DNA from: Kofleriaceae bacterium | Lineage (GTDB): Bacteria; Myxococcota_A; Polyangia; Haliangiales; Haliangiaceae | Assembly (NCBI GenBank): GCA_965215005.1 | Contig: CBDCCZ010000014.1 | Span: 32,001-96,000 of the forward strand | Direction of reading: 5' to 3' | DNA: 64,000 bases | The notes under the pieces: generated by a model | Database searches by the model: none | What the model was told of the DNA's origin: nothing | The model's input: the letters and a program-made list of their open reading frames with translations, nothing else | Part shown: piece after piece, positions 9,579-22,187 of the stretch | Numbering within the stretch: position 1 is the stretch's first letter | Layout of the letters: every line of letters begins with the position of its first letter | Translations under genes and position numbers: made by a program

Positions 9579-9888
9579 GACACCTACCGGCTCCGGTGGA
9601 AAATCGAGCTGTTCGTCGAGCAGCGTTCCGTCTGAGGTCGGCGTTTCTCTTGCCGCGCCGATGCCCGCGCTGGATCTGCCCCGCTAGGCGCCGGCCGCGC
9701 ACGCGAACTGTCGGACGCGCGCGCAACTAGTTATCTGCCGATTCAAGATGGCGGCCACGAGGGCGTCACCCACGCGCCGCGCGCGCATCCGCACCACGCC
9801 GGTGCACGTCACCTCGTTTTCCGCAGCTCGAGGCCTCGAGGTGCATCTCTTAAGTTGGAGGTGCATCTCCTAAGTTGTCTGACCAATG
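9579..9888 (+). mobile_element. Degraded IS4-family (IS231/IS186-like) remnant
   Basis: 9579-9614 encodes DTYRLRWKIELF (IS4 Y..RW.IE.F signature); ends in ...CTAAGTTGTCTGACCAATG, resembling IS4-family terminal repeats; no intact transposase. Confidence 0.5.
9838..9877. repeat. 20-bp tandem direct repeat
   Basis: GAGGTGCATCTCTTAAGTTG / GAGGTGCATCTCCTAAGTTG (1 mismatch). Confidence 0.9.
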
Positions 9889-9988
9889 GACGTAGATTAC
9901 ACGTGTTGGGTCAGCACCTCGCGACCAATTGCCTCACGGGGTCGCAGACTCCCCGTCGGGCCTCAGGCCGTTGCCACCGGAGATCGCA

Positions 9989-11785
9989 ATGAAACGCAGC
10001 ATCATCTTCACCATCCTCGCATCGTCGTTGGCCACGGCGTGTGCTTCCAGCGACTCTCCAACGCTTCCCATTCGCGACGCGGCCCTCGACGAGCCGGGCC
10101 GGATCTCACTGCAGGTCTCCACCTCGACCGACGACGCAGAGGAGGAGGAGGACGGCGCTGTCGACCTGACCAGCAGCGACCTCGAGCTCGGCCAGGAAGG
10201 CACCAGCCCGCAGCTCGTCGGTATTCGCTTCGGGTCCGCAGGAGTGCCCGGGGGCGCGACGATCACCAGCGCGCGCCTGCAGCTGACCACCGATGAGGTC
10301 TCGACCGCTCCGACGAGCGTGACCATTCAGGCACATCGAAGCGCCCGAGCGAGCGCATTCGCTAGTACAAACCGCAATCTATCATCGCGGCCCCTCACCG
10401 CGGCGAGTGTGAGCTGGGAGCCTGCGTCTTGGCCAACGGTCGGAGCATCGACCGACGCGCAACGTAGCCCTGAGCTGCGCACGCTGCTCCAAGAGCTGGT
10501 CGACCAGCCGGACTGGGACACCAGCAGCGACATCGTGTTGCTGATCGCGGGCACGGGGCGCCGAACTGCCGAGTCGTTCGACGGAAAATCCTCGGCGGCA
10601 CCCCAGCTGATCATTCAATTTGAGGACGACGGTGCGAGTCCTCCGCCGGGGAGCTGCGACGTGCTCACTGAGCCGGGCTCCATCGCCGGCGTCGAGCCCG
10701 AGTCGCTGGCGCAGCTGTCTCCAGTGCGCGATGCCAACGGCACTCTGTACCGCCTGACCGAGAGCGAAAAGAGCGACGGCAACAATCCGCGCATGATGAA
10801 GTCCAGTGACGGCGGCAGCACGTGGGCCGAGGTCGATGCCGCCAATCGTCCCGAAGCGCGCGACCTCGAGGGCCTGTATCAGGTGCAGCACGGCTCAGCG
10901 CTCTACTACTCGATGAATCTCGGCACCCGTACGGTCTGGGTTTCGTTCAACACCAGCGACGCTGCGAGCTCGCCCGATCGCTGGGTCGCGGAGGAAACCG
11001 TTGCCAGTGGATACGACAAGTCGAGCGCTCAGTACTCGTCCCTGGTGCGACTCGACAGCGGCGAGTTCTGGATCTTCTACAGCTTCACCGAGGACGGCCG
11101 CTCGCAGATCGGCTTTCGCAAACGCACGGGCCCCGATCAGTACGGCAGCGAGCAACGGCTGGCGAGCGCCGGCGGCGACTGGTCTGGACCACGCGCGGTC
11201 GCCGCCGGTGATCGCACCTACGTCGTTTACAAGGACGACGCTGGCGACGCGCTGTATCTGCGCACCCTGAGCGCCACCGGAACCTTGTCGTCGCCACGGC
11301 GCGTTGACCAGAACGGCACCAATAGCGTGCCGGTGCCGCACCTCAATCCAGTGGTCTACCAGCGCGATGGCCAAGAGGTGGTGGAGGTAGCCTTCGCCGG
11401 CGCGGATGAGCGCCTGCGCTCGGTTTCGCTGGTCGACGATGAGCTTACGGAGGAACAGCTAATTTCCTCCTCGCCGGTGCTCAGCGATGCCGACGTGGTT
11501 GAGAATGAGGGCGCTGTGGGCAACCTGTCGCGCGGCGGCGATGCGACCTACATCGTCTGGACCGACGAGGGCTCGGGCGACATCCTGTGGCGGCGCAACG
11601 CCTCATCTGGCGGCCTCGGCCCGATCGAGACCTTCTGGCAGTCGTCGAACGAGGTCGCGTTGTACGTGTACTGCTCGGTCTTCGAGGACGACGGGTGTCG
11701 CAAGCTTGGGTGCACCTACGACGTCGGTCCGCACGATGATGACGTCGGCCAGATCGAGTATCGCGAGCTCGCGCTTCCCGAGTGA
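9989..11785 (+). CDS. Secreted lipoprotein: N-terminal beta-sandwich accessory module + BNR/Asp-box beta-propeller (sialidase-like fold)
   Basis: GGAG RBS, lipobox LATAC, 'DDAEE..DLEL..VGIRF..GATITSA' module, Asp-box SSDGGSTW. Confidence 0.7.
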   Translation: MKRSIIFTILASSLATACASSDSPTLPIRDAALDEPGRISLQVSTSTDDAEEEEDGAVDLTSSDLELGQEGTSPQLVGIRFGSAGVPGGATITSARLQLTTDEVSTAPTSVTIQAHRSARASAFASTNRNLSSRPLTAASVSWEPASWPTVGASTDAQRSPELRTLLQELVDQPDWDTSSDIVLLIAGTGRRTAESFDGKSSAAPQLIIQFEDDGASPPPGSCDVLTEPGSIAGVEPESLAQLSPVRDANGTLYRLTESEKSDGNNPRMMKSSDGGSTWAEVDAANRPEARDLEGLYQVQHGSALYYSMNLGTRTVWVSFNTSDAASSPDRWVAEETVASGYDKSSAQYSSLVRLDSGEFWIFYSFTEDGRSQIGFRKRTGPDQYGSEQRLASAGGDWSGPRAVAAGDRTYVVYKDDAGDALYLRTLSATGTLSSPRRVDQNGTNSVPVPHLNPVVYQRDGQEVVEVAFAGADERLRSVSLVDDELTEEQLISSSPVLSDADVVENEGAVGNLSRGGDATYIVWTDEGSGDILWRRNASSGGLGPIETFWQSSNEVALYVYCSVFEDDGCRKLGCTYDVGPHDDDVGQIEYRELALPE

Positions 11786-11990
11786 CCCCGTCATCGGCCG
11801 CAGGGTGGGGGCACAGCGGTCACTGCGGGTACTCACCCCTCGCGTGTGACTACGCCGGCTCCTGCGGCTCTTCGAGCCAGCCCACCAATGGCGCGACTCG
11901 CAACCGATTCTTGCGGCCGGCGGATCGTCTCTTCCTCGGGACCGCACTTTGCACCACGCTTTCCCGAACAGTTTCGCGCGGAGCAGTGTC

Positions 11991-12632
11991 ATGCGTCTTT
12001 TAACGTGTTCGTTCGTATCTTCTGAGGAGTTTCTCTCGCACTACTCCGCGGCGGTTGGCGGCGGCGCCCTCTTCTATCGCACCCGCGCCGCACTAGGCCA
12101 AGGCGAAGCCGTTCTCCTCGAGGTGTCGTTCCCGGGGCTGCCCAACCGCGCCTTGATGCGAGGCACCGTGCTCGAGCGACGGCAACGCAAAGGGTCATGG
12201 GTCCGGCTCGAGCAAGCAGACACGTCGACGTTGGCGTTCCTACTGCATTTTGCGCGCGGCCACTCCGGTGACGGACGCCGGCGCGAGCGGGCCTTCGACC
12301 GGTTTCCAGCCCGCGTTCCGGTAGAGGCGCGCGCGAGTGATCAGCGCGTGGTGATTGGCAGCACCGCGGACCTCGGCGCCGGCGGCGCGTTCGTCACCGC
12401 GGGTGAGCTTCCGGCGGTTGGGACCCAGGTGGAGCTGGTGCTGGGCCCCACCGGCGAGCGACGCGATACCTACCGCGTCACCGGCGAGGTTGCGTGGGTT
12501 TCTGCGGGTCACGACCGCGGCTTTGGCGTCAGATTTCATCCGCGCAGCAGCGCCGATGGCCGGCGGCTCCGCGTCATGCTCCGGCGCGCCTCCGAGTGCG
12601 GCCGCGCGAGCTTCGCGGGCCGCGCCGGGTAA
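11991..12632 (+). CDS. Tandem PilZ-type domain protein
   Basis: First degenerate PilZ-like unit (GGALF..GEAVLLEVSFP); second with RAFDR and DLGAGGAF..GFGVRF. Confidence 0.85.
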   Translation: MRLLTCSFVSSEEFLSHYSAAVGGGALFYRTRAALGQGEAVLLEVSFPGLPNRALMRGTVLERRQRKGSWVRLEQADTSTLAFLLHFARGHSGDGRRRERAFDRFPARVPVEARASDQRVVIGSTADLGAGGAFVTAGELPAVGTQVELVLGPTGERRDTYRVTGEVAWVSAGHDRGFGVRFHPRSSADGRRLRVMLRRASECGRASFAGRAG

Positions 12633-12770
12633 CGCCGAAGCGAGCGTCACGCCGAAACGGCGAAGCGGCCGCTAGCACGTCTCAACGACGCAGCGCGGCC
12701 GCTCGATTGGATGCATCAGCGGCCGCGTCCTGTCATCGAGGACGTGGCCATCGAAGCGCGCGCAGAAACA

Positions 12771-12935
12771 CTACTGAGCAGGCTGTGGAGCCGGCTGCCC
12801 GGGCTCACCGCAACCGGCGAACAGCTCTTCGTCGCTGGGCGTGGAATGGCGCGACATCACTGCCTTGCGCCGCCGGCCCATGTTCTTGTGGCGGCGTTTG
12901 CGCTTGTTATCACTCTTTTTGGTATCCGATGCCAC
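12771..12935 (-). CDS. Small basic protein (54 aa), absent from ORF track
   Basis: GTG start with GAGGAG RBS (12943-12948); MASDTKKSDNKRKRRHKNMGRRRKAVMSRHSTPSDEELFAGCGEPGQPAPQPAQ*; promoter immediately upstream. Confidence 0.8.
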   Translation of the reverse strand: MASDTKKSDNKRKRRHKNMGRRRKAVMSRHSTPSDEELFAGCGEPGQPAPQPAQ

Positions 12936-12961
12936 TGGACTGCTCCTCGTGCGAGTCGCCT

Positions 12962-12986
12962 CTTCTATCCAAGCGGGAAGCCGCTG

Positions 12987-12990
<4 letters not shown>
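12962..12990 (-). promoter_or_regulatory. Sigma-70 promoter for the small basic protein
   Basis: TTGACA-N17-TAGAAG on the minus strand; the -35 overlaps the rel stop codon. Confidence 0.65.
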
Positions 12991-15167
<2,177 letters not shown>

Positions 15168-15325
15168 GGCTGCAGCCAACGTGGCTGTGACACAACTTGT
15201 ACCAGGCGCGCGATAACGTCAATGCCAGCCAGTGGTGGCCTGCGGCACTGCAACGCCAACCGCGCCATCGAATCGCCGCCGCGTGCCCTTCGCACAGCGA
15301 GATAGAAGCTCACCCATCGCAGCAT

Positions 15326-16033
15326 TCAGCCATGGGCCGAACGGATCAGCGAACGGGCGTGCTCGACGACCCAGTCGCTCGAGTTCTCCCGCACCAGCGC
15401 TGCGAGCTCGCTCAGCCGATGCGGCACATCGTCGCGCTCCGCCGCGCCGTAGCGGCGAACCAAGTAGACCGCGCGCAATAACCGATACGCAGCTTCGAGC
15501 TCCTCGTTGACGATGAGGTGATCGTAGTCGGCGTGGTGCTCGAGCTCGTCCTTGGCCTTGCGCAGCCGCCGCGCGATGACCTCGGCGTCATCGCTAGCGC
15601 GCCGCCGCAGCCGCGCCTCCAGGGTCGCCATGTCGGGCGGCAAGATGAAGATCTTGAGCGAGTCTGCCGGCCACTGCCCCGATAACGCCCGTCCGCCCTG
15701 CCAATCGACGTCAAAGACGACGTCGCGGCCGCCCGACAGCGCGCGCTCGACCGCGGCTCCGGAGGTTCCGTAGCGATTGCCGTGGACCTCGGCGTGCTCG
15801 GCAAACTCGCCGCGCGAAACCATGGCCTCGAACGCATCTGGAGTCACGAAGCAATAATCGCGTCCCTCGACCTCCCCGGGCCGCGGCGGCCGCGTGGTGT
15901 AGGAAACCGAGAACTCGAGGTTGTCGAACTCGGCCAGGAGGCGGCGCGCCAACGTGGTTTTGCCGGCACCAGACGGCGACGAGATGATCACCAGGATGCC
16001 GCGCCGATTTGGCCCTGCAGAGAAACTCTTCAT
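15326..16033 (-). CDS. gmk: Guanylate kinase
   Basis: SSPSGAGKTT, SVSYTTRPPRPGE..GRDY.F, HGNRYGT, DVDWQG, IFILPP. Confidence 0.96.
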   Translation of the reverse strand: MKSFSAGPNRRGILVIISSPSGAGKTTLARRLLAEFDNLEFSVSYTTRPPRPGEVEGRDYCFVTPDAFEAMVSRGEFAEHAEVHGNRYGTSGAAVERALSGGRDVVFDVDWQGGRALSGQWPADSLKIFILPPDMATLEARLRRRASDDAEVIARRLRKAKDELEHHADYDHLIVNEELEAAYRLLRAVYLVRRYGAAERDDVPHRLSELAALVRENSSDWVVEHARSLIRSAHG

Positions 16034-16905
16034 TCGATGTTCTGAACCTGTTCGCGAACCTTCTCGAGCTCCGCTTTGGCCTCGACCACGATTCTAGCGA
16101 TGGCTGCCGACTGCGACTTCGAGGCGATCGTGTTGAGCTCGCGCCCCACTTCTTGCACGAGAAAATCCAAGCGCCGACCGATGGCGCCCTTGCCGGCCGC
16201 CACCGCTTCGACCTGGCGGAGGTGCGACTCGAGCCGAACCAACTCTTCGGTGACGTCGAGACGGTCGGCGAGCACCGCGACCTCCTGCGCGAGCCGCTGC
16301 TCATCGACCTCGATGTTGCTCGGTACCAACAGCCTGGCGATGCGCTCGTGGAGCCGCTGCCGTCCTTCCTCCGGCGCGGTCTTGGCGAGCTCGGCAACCT
16401 GCCGCACCAGCTCCGCAATATGATGAATCCGCGATCGCAGATCCGCCGCGAGCGCCGCTCCTTCGGTCTCGCGCATCCGCACCAGCCCCGCCAGCGCTTG
16501 CGCCGCAGCCTCGCGGATGCAGCTGGCGACCACCTCGGCGTCCGCCTCACTTTCTTCGTGCACCAGCACCCCGGGCTGCGCGACCACGGTAGCGAGGTCG
16601 ATGCCCTCCAGGCCCAGCAGCCCGGCGACCTCGGAGAGCTCGTCGTGCACCCGCTTGGCGGCATCGCGATCGATGCGCATGACGACCGCCGAGCCGCGCT
16701 GATCGACCCGCACCGAGGCGGTGACCGAGCCGCGCTCCAGCGCTGCCCGAAGTCGCGCGGTGAGCGCTTCTTCGACCGGCGGCTCGAGGCTCGCGCCCCG
16801 CAGCTTCAGATCGAGAAAACGGTGGTTCACCGAGCGGATCTCGACCACCGCTCGGCGTCCCTGCTTCTCGGCCAAGCCGCGGCCGTACCCGGTCATGCTG
16901 CGCAC
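16030..16905 (-). CDS. yicC: YicC/YloC family endoribonuclease
   Basis: SMTGYG, EIRSVNHRFLD, DVTEELVRL, GRRLDFLVQEVGRELNTIASK, REQVQNIE; upstream of gmk. Confidence 0.95.
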   Translation of the reverse strand: MRSMTGYGRGLAEKQGRRAVVEIRSVNHRFLDLKLRGASLEPPVEEALTARLRAALERGSVTASVRVDQRGSAVVMRIDRDAAKRVHDELSEVAGLLGLEGIDLATVVAQPGVLVHEESEADAEVVASCIREAAAQALAGLVRMRETEGAALAADLRSRIHHIAELVRQVAELAKTAPEEGRQRLHERIARLLVPSNIEVDEQRLAQEVAVLADRLDVTEELVRLESHLRQVEAVAAGKGAIGRRLDFLVQEVGRELNTIASKSQSAAIARIVVEAKAELEKVREQVQNIE

Positions 16906-16961
16906 CGATGTTTGTTACCACGCGTATCGGCCCGAGTTGAACCGTGAACACAGCATTACAA

Positions 16962-17047
16962 GTGTTGCTGGCAGCGACACCCACAGCGGCTTCACAACAA
17001 GCAAAACCATGAACTTATGCGTCTCCGCGCATGGCACGTGACGTGGA
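16962..17047 (+). promoter_or_regulatory. Candidate sigma-54 promoter region (enhancer palindrome + -24/-12-like element)
   Basis: GTGTTGC-TGGCA-GCGACAC palindrome (16962-16980); TGGCACGTGACGTGGA (17032-17047; -12 is GG rather than GC). Confidence 0.4.
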
Positions 17048-17089
17048 ATAGAGGCCCACGACCGCCATCCTTCACCTGGGAGATCGCTC

Positions 17090-17695
17090 ATGAGACACAC
17101 CGCGCTTTCGCTGCCCATCCTCGCGCTCCTGCTTGCCTCCGCAAGCACCGCCGCCGCGCAACCGGCCACCGTCGCTGCGTATCCGCCGCCCGCGCCGTCA
17201 CCGCAACAACCGGGCTTTGGCATCGGGCTCCACGTCCGCGGCATGTCGCTCGTCGATACGGAAATCGACGAGCCCGAGCCCGAGGATTTTAAAGGGCTCG
17301 GCGGCAGCGGCCTGCATCTCCGCTACCGGCTGAACAAGCGGTTTGGCGTCGAGCTCGGTATGGACGCCTTGGCCAACGTAGCCGAGAGCCGCAAGCATAG
17401 CTCCGTGCAGCTGAGCGCGGTCCTGCACCTCACACCGCGGGGAAACTGGAACTGGTACGTCTTGGCGGGCTTTGGCGGCGGCACAGACGAGATCACCCAC
17501 AGCGGCCACGACTATAAATTCGAACAAGGCAGCGGGCACCTGGGGATGGGGCTCGAGCGCCGCTTCGGTCGCATCGGCCTCGGCGCCGAGATCCGCAGCA
17601 TCGCAGTCGTCCGCGACGAGCATCGACCGGAGTTGGGTCTGCCGGAGGGCAGCTCTGGTGCCACGGTCGATCTCGGCGCGACCTTCTATTTTTGA
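17090..17695 (+). CDS. Outer-membrane beta-barrel protein (OmpA-like 8-strand type)
   Basis: Signal peptide, amphipathic Gly/aromatic strands, C-terminal ..GATFYF; GGGAG RBS. Confidence 0.8.
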   Translation: MRHTALSLPILALLLASASTAAAQPATVAAYPPPAPSPQQPGFGIGLHVRGMSLVDTEIDEPEPEDFKGLGGSGLHLRYRLNKRFGVELGMDALANVAESRKHSSVQLSAVLHLTPRGNWNWYVLAGFGGGTDEITHSGHDYKFEQGSGHLGMGLERRFGRIGLGAEIRSIAVVRDEHRPELGLPEGSSGATVDLGATFYF

Positions 17696-17792
17696 TATCG
17701 CGGCTATTGTTGCCGGCGCCGCCGCAGCACCCAGCAACGTCGATTAATGCAACACCACGAGGCGTAGGTTCGGAGGTAGGCTGCGCCCTCTG

Positions 17793-19025
17793 ATGCCCCG
17801 TCGAACACGCTGCGCCATCCTCGGCATGGTCTTGATGACAGCCGCTGCGTGCTCCAAGACCCGAGAGGAGCCGCAAGGCGGCGAGCGGACTCGCTTCTGG
17901 CACACGTTCAATTCCCACGAAACCGAGGCGCTCAACGCCCTGCTCGAAGAGAACGACTTGCCCGTCGAGCCCGCGCTGCTGCCGTTTGCTCGCGGCCAAA
18001 CGCTGCTGGCGCAGGTCCTGCGGCGCGCCGAGCACTGTCCCGATCTAGCGCGCATCGATGCCACCTGGTTGCCGGCGCTCGCCGAGGCCAAGCTTCTGGC
18101 TCCGGCGCCGCCAAGCGTTGCAACGCTGCTACCCGAAGCCGCCGAGCTCACACGCTGGAACGGCACCGTTTACGGCATTCCGCAATCCATCGACGGCCTC
18201 GCGTTGATCTACGACCGGGCCGCCATTGATCGCGCTGGCGTAGATTGGCCGCCGCCGACCCTGGGCGCGCTTCTGGCCGCGGCGCATCGGCTCTCCCGCG
18301 GCGAGATCTACGGGCTCGGCATGCGTGTCGATGGCTACTGGTTCTTGGCATTCTTGCGCGGCTTCGCCGAGGCGCTCGCCGAGGCGCCATTTCCCGCGGC
18401 CAATGCAGGTGGCGAATCGATTGCGAGCGCAGCGGCTGCCGAGGCGCTGACAGCGTTTGCAGCGCTGTTCGCCGATGGCGGTGTCGCGCCGCCGCCCCCC
18501 CCCAGCGGTAGCGAGGTGCGCGATGAGATCCTGCGGTTCCGTGCCGGTCAGCTGCCGGTGCTGCTAAACGGCCCGTGGGTCATCGCCGACCTCATCGATA
18601 CGCCCGCCGATATGGAGCGACTCGGCGTCGCGCCGTTCCCACGCGCGCCGCGCGGCGGCCAGGTGCTGATCGTGCCGCGCTGCGCCACGCATTCGAGCGA
18701 CGGCTGGAAGCTCGCCCAAATCCTCACCGAGCCGGCATTGCAAGCGCGCTGGTCACAGCAGTTCGGCACCGTGCCCACGACCCAGCAAGGTCTCGCCGGC
18801 GCCGGTCGACTCGCGCAAGAATTCTATCGCGCGCTGCGCCAGGGCTCGCCGCTCGAGCGCTATCCGGCGGCGGCCCAAATGTTTGATGACCTCACTCCGG
18901 CCGTCGCCGCGGTGGTCGCGGGCGATGCCACTGCCGAAGAAGCGTTGGCTGGAGTCGCGCGCGCCTGGCAGCGACTGTTGGCACGCCACGGCGGCGAGGC
19001 CGGAGCGGGAGACGGAGCTCCATGA
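17793..19025 (+). CDS. Sugar-type extracellular solute-binding lipoprotein (family 1)
   Basis: Lipobox TAAAC, FWHTF, PDL, GTVYGIPQSIDGLALIYD, NGPW; ATGA overlap with the HK gene. Confidence 0.85.
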   Translation: MPRRTRCAILGMVLMTAAACSKTREEPQGGERTRFWHTFNSHETEALNALLEENDLPVEPALLPFARGQTLLAQVLRRAEHCPDLARIDATWLPALAEAKLLAPAPPSVATLLPEAAELTRWNGTVYGIPQSIDGLALIYDRAAIDRAGVDWPPPTLGALLAAAHRLSRGEIYGLGMRVDGYWFLAFLRGFAEALAEAPFPAANAGGESIASAAAAEALTAFAALFADGGVAPPPPPSGSEVRDEILRFRAGQLPVLLNGPWVIADLIDTPADMERLGVAPFPRAPRGGQVLIVPRCATHSSDGWKLAQILTEPALQARWSQQFGTVPTTQQGLAGAGRLAQEFYRALRQGSPLERYPAAAQMFDDLTPAVAAVVAGDATAEEALAGVARAWQRLLARHGGEAGAGDGAP

Positions 19026-20782
19026 GGTTTCGCCGCGGCTCGCTCACCACCCGCGTCCTGTTGGTGCTCGCGCTGGCGACCATCACGCCGACGCTGGTGG
19101 TTGGATTTCTGGCCATTCGTCGGGCGCGTCACGATGTCGAGCGCGAGGTCGTGCGCGGCAACTTGGCGCTGATTCGCGCCCTCGGCGCGCAGCTCGACGC
19201 CACGCTGCAGAATGCTCGCCGCACCCTCGAGCTAGGGGCCTCTGCGTGGGCCGATCCGCGCCCCGCCAGCGACACCATCGGCGATTCTGGCGCGACCGAG
19301 CGGCTGCTGCGCCGACTGCGCCGCGAGGTGCCGCTTTTTCAAACCATCAGCGTGCTCGACGTTGACGGCAAGCGGCTGCACGGCGACGCGATCGCCCGCG
19401 ACGTCGGCACCGGCGCCCACACCTTTGGCGGCTATATCGGCGACGCGACGTTGCAAGACGGCCGCCTGCTGATCCCGGTGATCGCGCAAGCGCGGAGCCG
19501 CACCGGCGAGCTCGTCGGCGTCTTCGTCGCGCAGCTCGATCTGCAGTTCGTGTCGCAAGCGCTGGCGAGCGCGCGGCTCGGTCGCGGCGCTCGGTTGATG
19601 GTGGTGGACGGCGAAGGCATCGCCGTGGCGCGCTCCGATAGCCCGATGAACGGCTTTGGGGGCACTCTGCGGCGGACCAATCCGGCGGTCGACAGGGCAT
19701 TGAGCTCCACCGTCGAAGGCTCGCTCGAGTACGCCGGCCTCATCGCCGTCTATCGCAACCTAGCCGGCTATCAGTCGCTACGCGGGGTGCGCTGGGCGAT
19801 CCTACTCGAGCAACCGACCCGCGAGGCCTATGCGCTGGCCTATGCCACCACCACGGATACCATCGTGGCGGGCCTGGGCGTGCTGGCGCTGGCTCTACTC
19901 ATCGGGTTCGTGTTGGCGGCGCGGCTCACGCGACCGCTGCATCAGCTTGCCGAGCACGCCGACGCGATCGCCGGCGAGGGCGGCGATGCGCCACCTCCCG
20001 CTCCGATGGACGCTCCGGGCGAGATCGGCCACTTGGCGCACCGCATCGACGAGATGGCCAAGCGCATCGGCGAGCGCGAGAAGCTGCAGTCGGCGCTGGC
20101 TCGGGGCGACCGATTAGCGACCGTTGGCACCATGGCGGCGAGCGTGGCCCACGAGATCAACAACCCGCTCACCACCATCCTCGGCTACGCCAAGCTGCTC
20201 GCGGAAGACAAACCCGACGATCATCCCGATCGCACCGGACTCGAGCTCATTGCCGACGAGGCAGCGCGCATGAAGACCATCGTCGGCAGCATGCTCGACT
20301 ATTCGCGCGCCGAGCGACCGCGTGCCGACGCCGCCGACGTGGGCGAGGTGACGCGCCGGGTGGCGACGCTGCTGACGCCGCAGCTGGCACGTGCCCGCGT
20401 CGCGCTCGAGCTCGAGCTGGCGACGCATCTGCCGCGGGTCACCGCCGATTCGCACTCGCTGCAACAAGTGCTGGTGAATCTCGTGCAAAACGCCGCGCAC
20501 GCGACGCCGCAGGGCGGCACCATCACCATCGCGAGCCGCTTGGCGCCGGGCCAAATCGCGGTCGAGGTGATGGTGCTCGACGACGGCGATGGCGTCCCAG
20601 CCAGCGACCGCACGCGGGTTTTCGAGCCGTTCTACACCACCAAGGAACGCGGCAAGGGCACGGGTCTCGGGCTCGCGGTCGCCCGGCACTTGGTGACTGG
20701 AGCCGGCGGCTCGCTAGAGGTCGGCGATGGGCCACCGGGACGCGGTGCTGCGTTTCGGCTCGTCCTTCCGCTCGCAGAGTGA
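19022..20782 (+). CDS. Sensor histidine kinase (TM-Cache-TM-HAMP-HisKA-HATPase)
   Basis: Two TM segments, HAMP LTRPL..GEIG, H-box AHEINNPL, N-box NLVQNA, DDGDG, FEPFYTTK, GTGLGL. Confidence 0.95.
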   Translation: MRFRRGSLTTRVLLVLALATITPTLVVGFLAIRRARHDVEREVVRGNLALIRALGAQLDATLQNARRTLELGASAWADPRPASDTIGDSGATERLLRRLRREVPLFQTISVLDVDGKRLHGDAIARDVGTGAHTFGGYIGDATLQDGRLLIPVIAQARSRTGELVGVFVAQLDLQFVSQALASARLGRGARLMVVDGEGIAVARSDSPMNGFGGTLRRTNPAVDRALSSTVEGSLEYAGLIAVYRNLAGYQSLRGVRWAILLEQPTREAYALAYATTTDTIVAGLGVLALALLIGFVLAARLTRPLHQLAEHADAIAGEGGDAPPPAPMDAPGEIGHLAHRIDEMAKRIGEREKLQSALARGDRLATVGTMAASVAHEINNPLTTILGYAKLLAEDKPDDHPDRTGLELIADEAARMKTIVGSMLDYSRAERPRADAADVGEVTRRVATLLTPQLARARVALELELATHLPRVTADSHSLQQVLVNLVQNAAHATPQGGTITIASRLAPGQIAVEVMVLDDGDGVPASDRTRVFEPFYTTKERGKGTGLGLAVARHLVTGAGGSLEVGDGPPGRGAAFRLVLPLAE

Positions 20783-20786
20783 GGAG

Positions 20787-22136
<1,350 letters not shown>

Positions 22137-22187
22137 CGCCCTCACCCGCCGCGCCGCGATTGGGTACACTCGGGCCTGGAGGTTTGA

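Noticed and set aside
9882..11891. ACCAATGG direct repeat flanking the 9989 gene as a possible target-site duplication
   Set aside because: Only 8 bp, overlaps the IS-like end, and is plausible by chance
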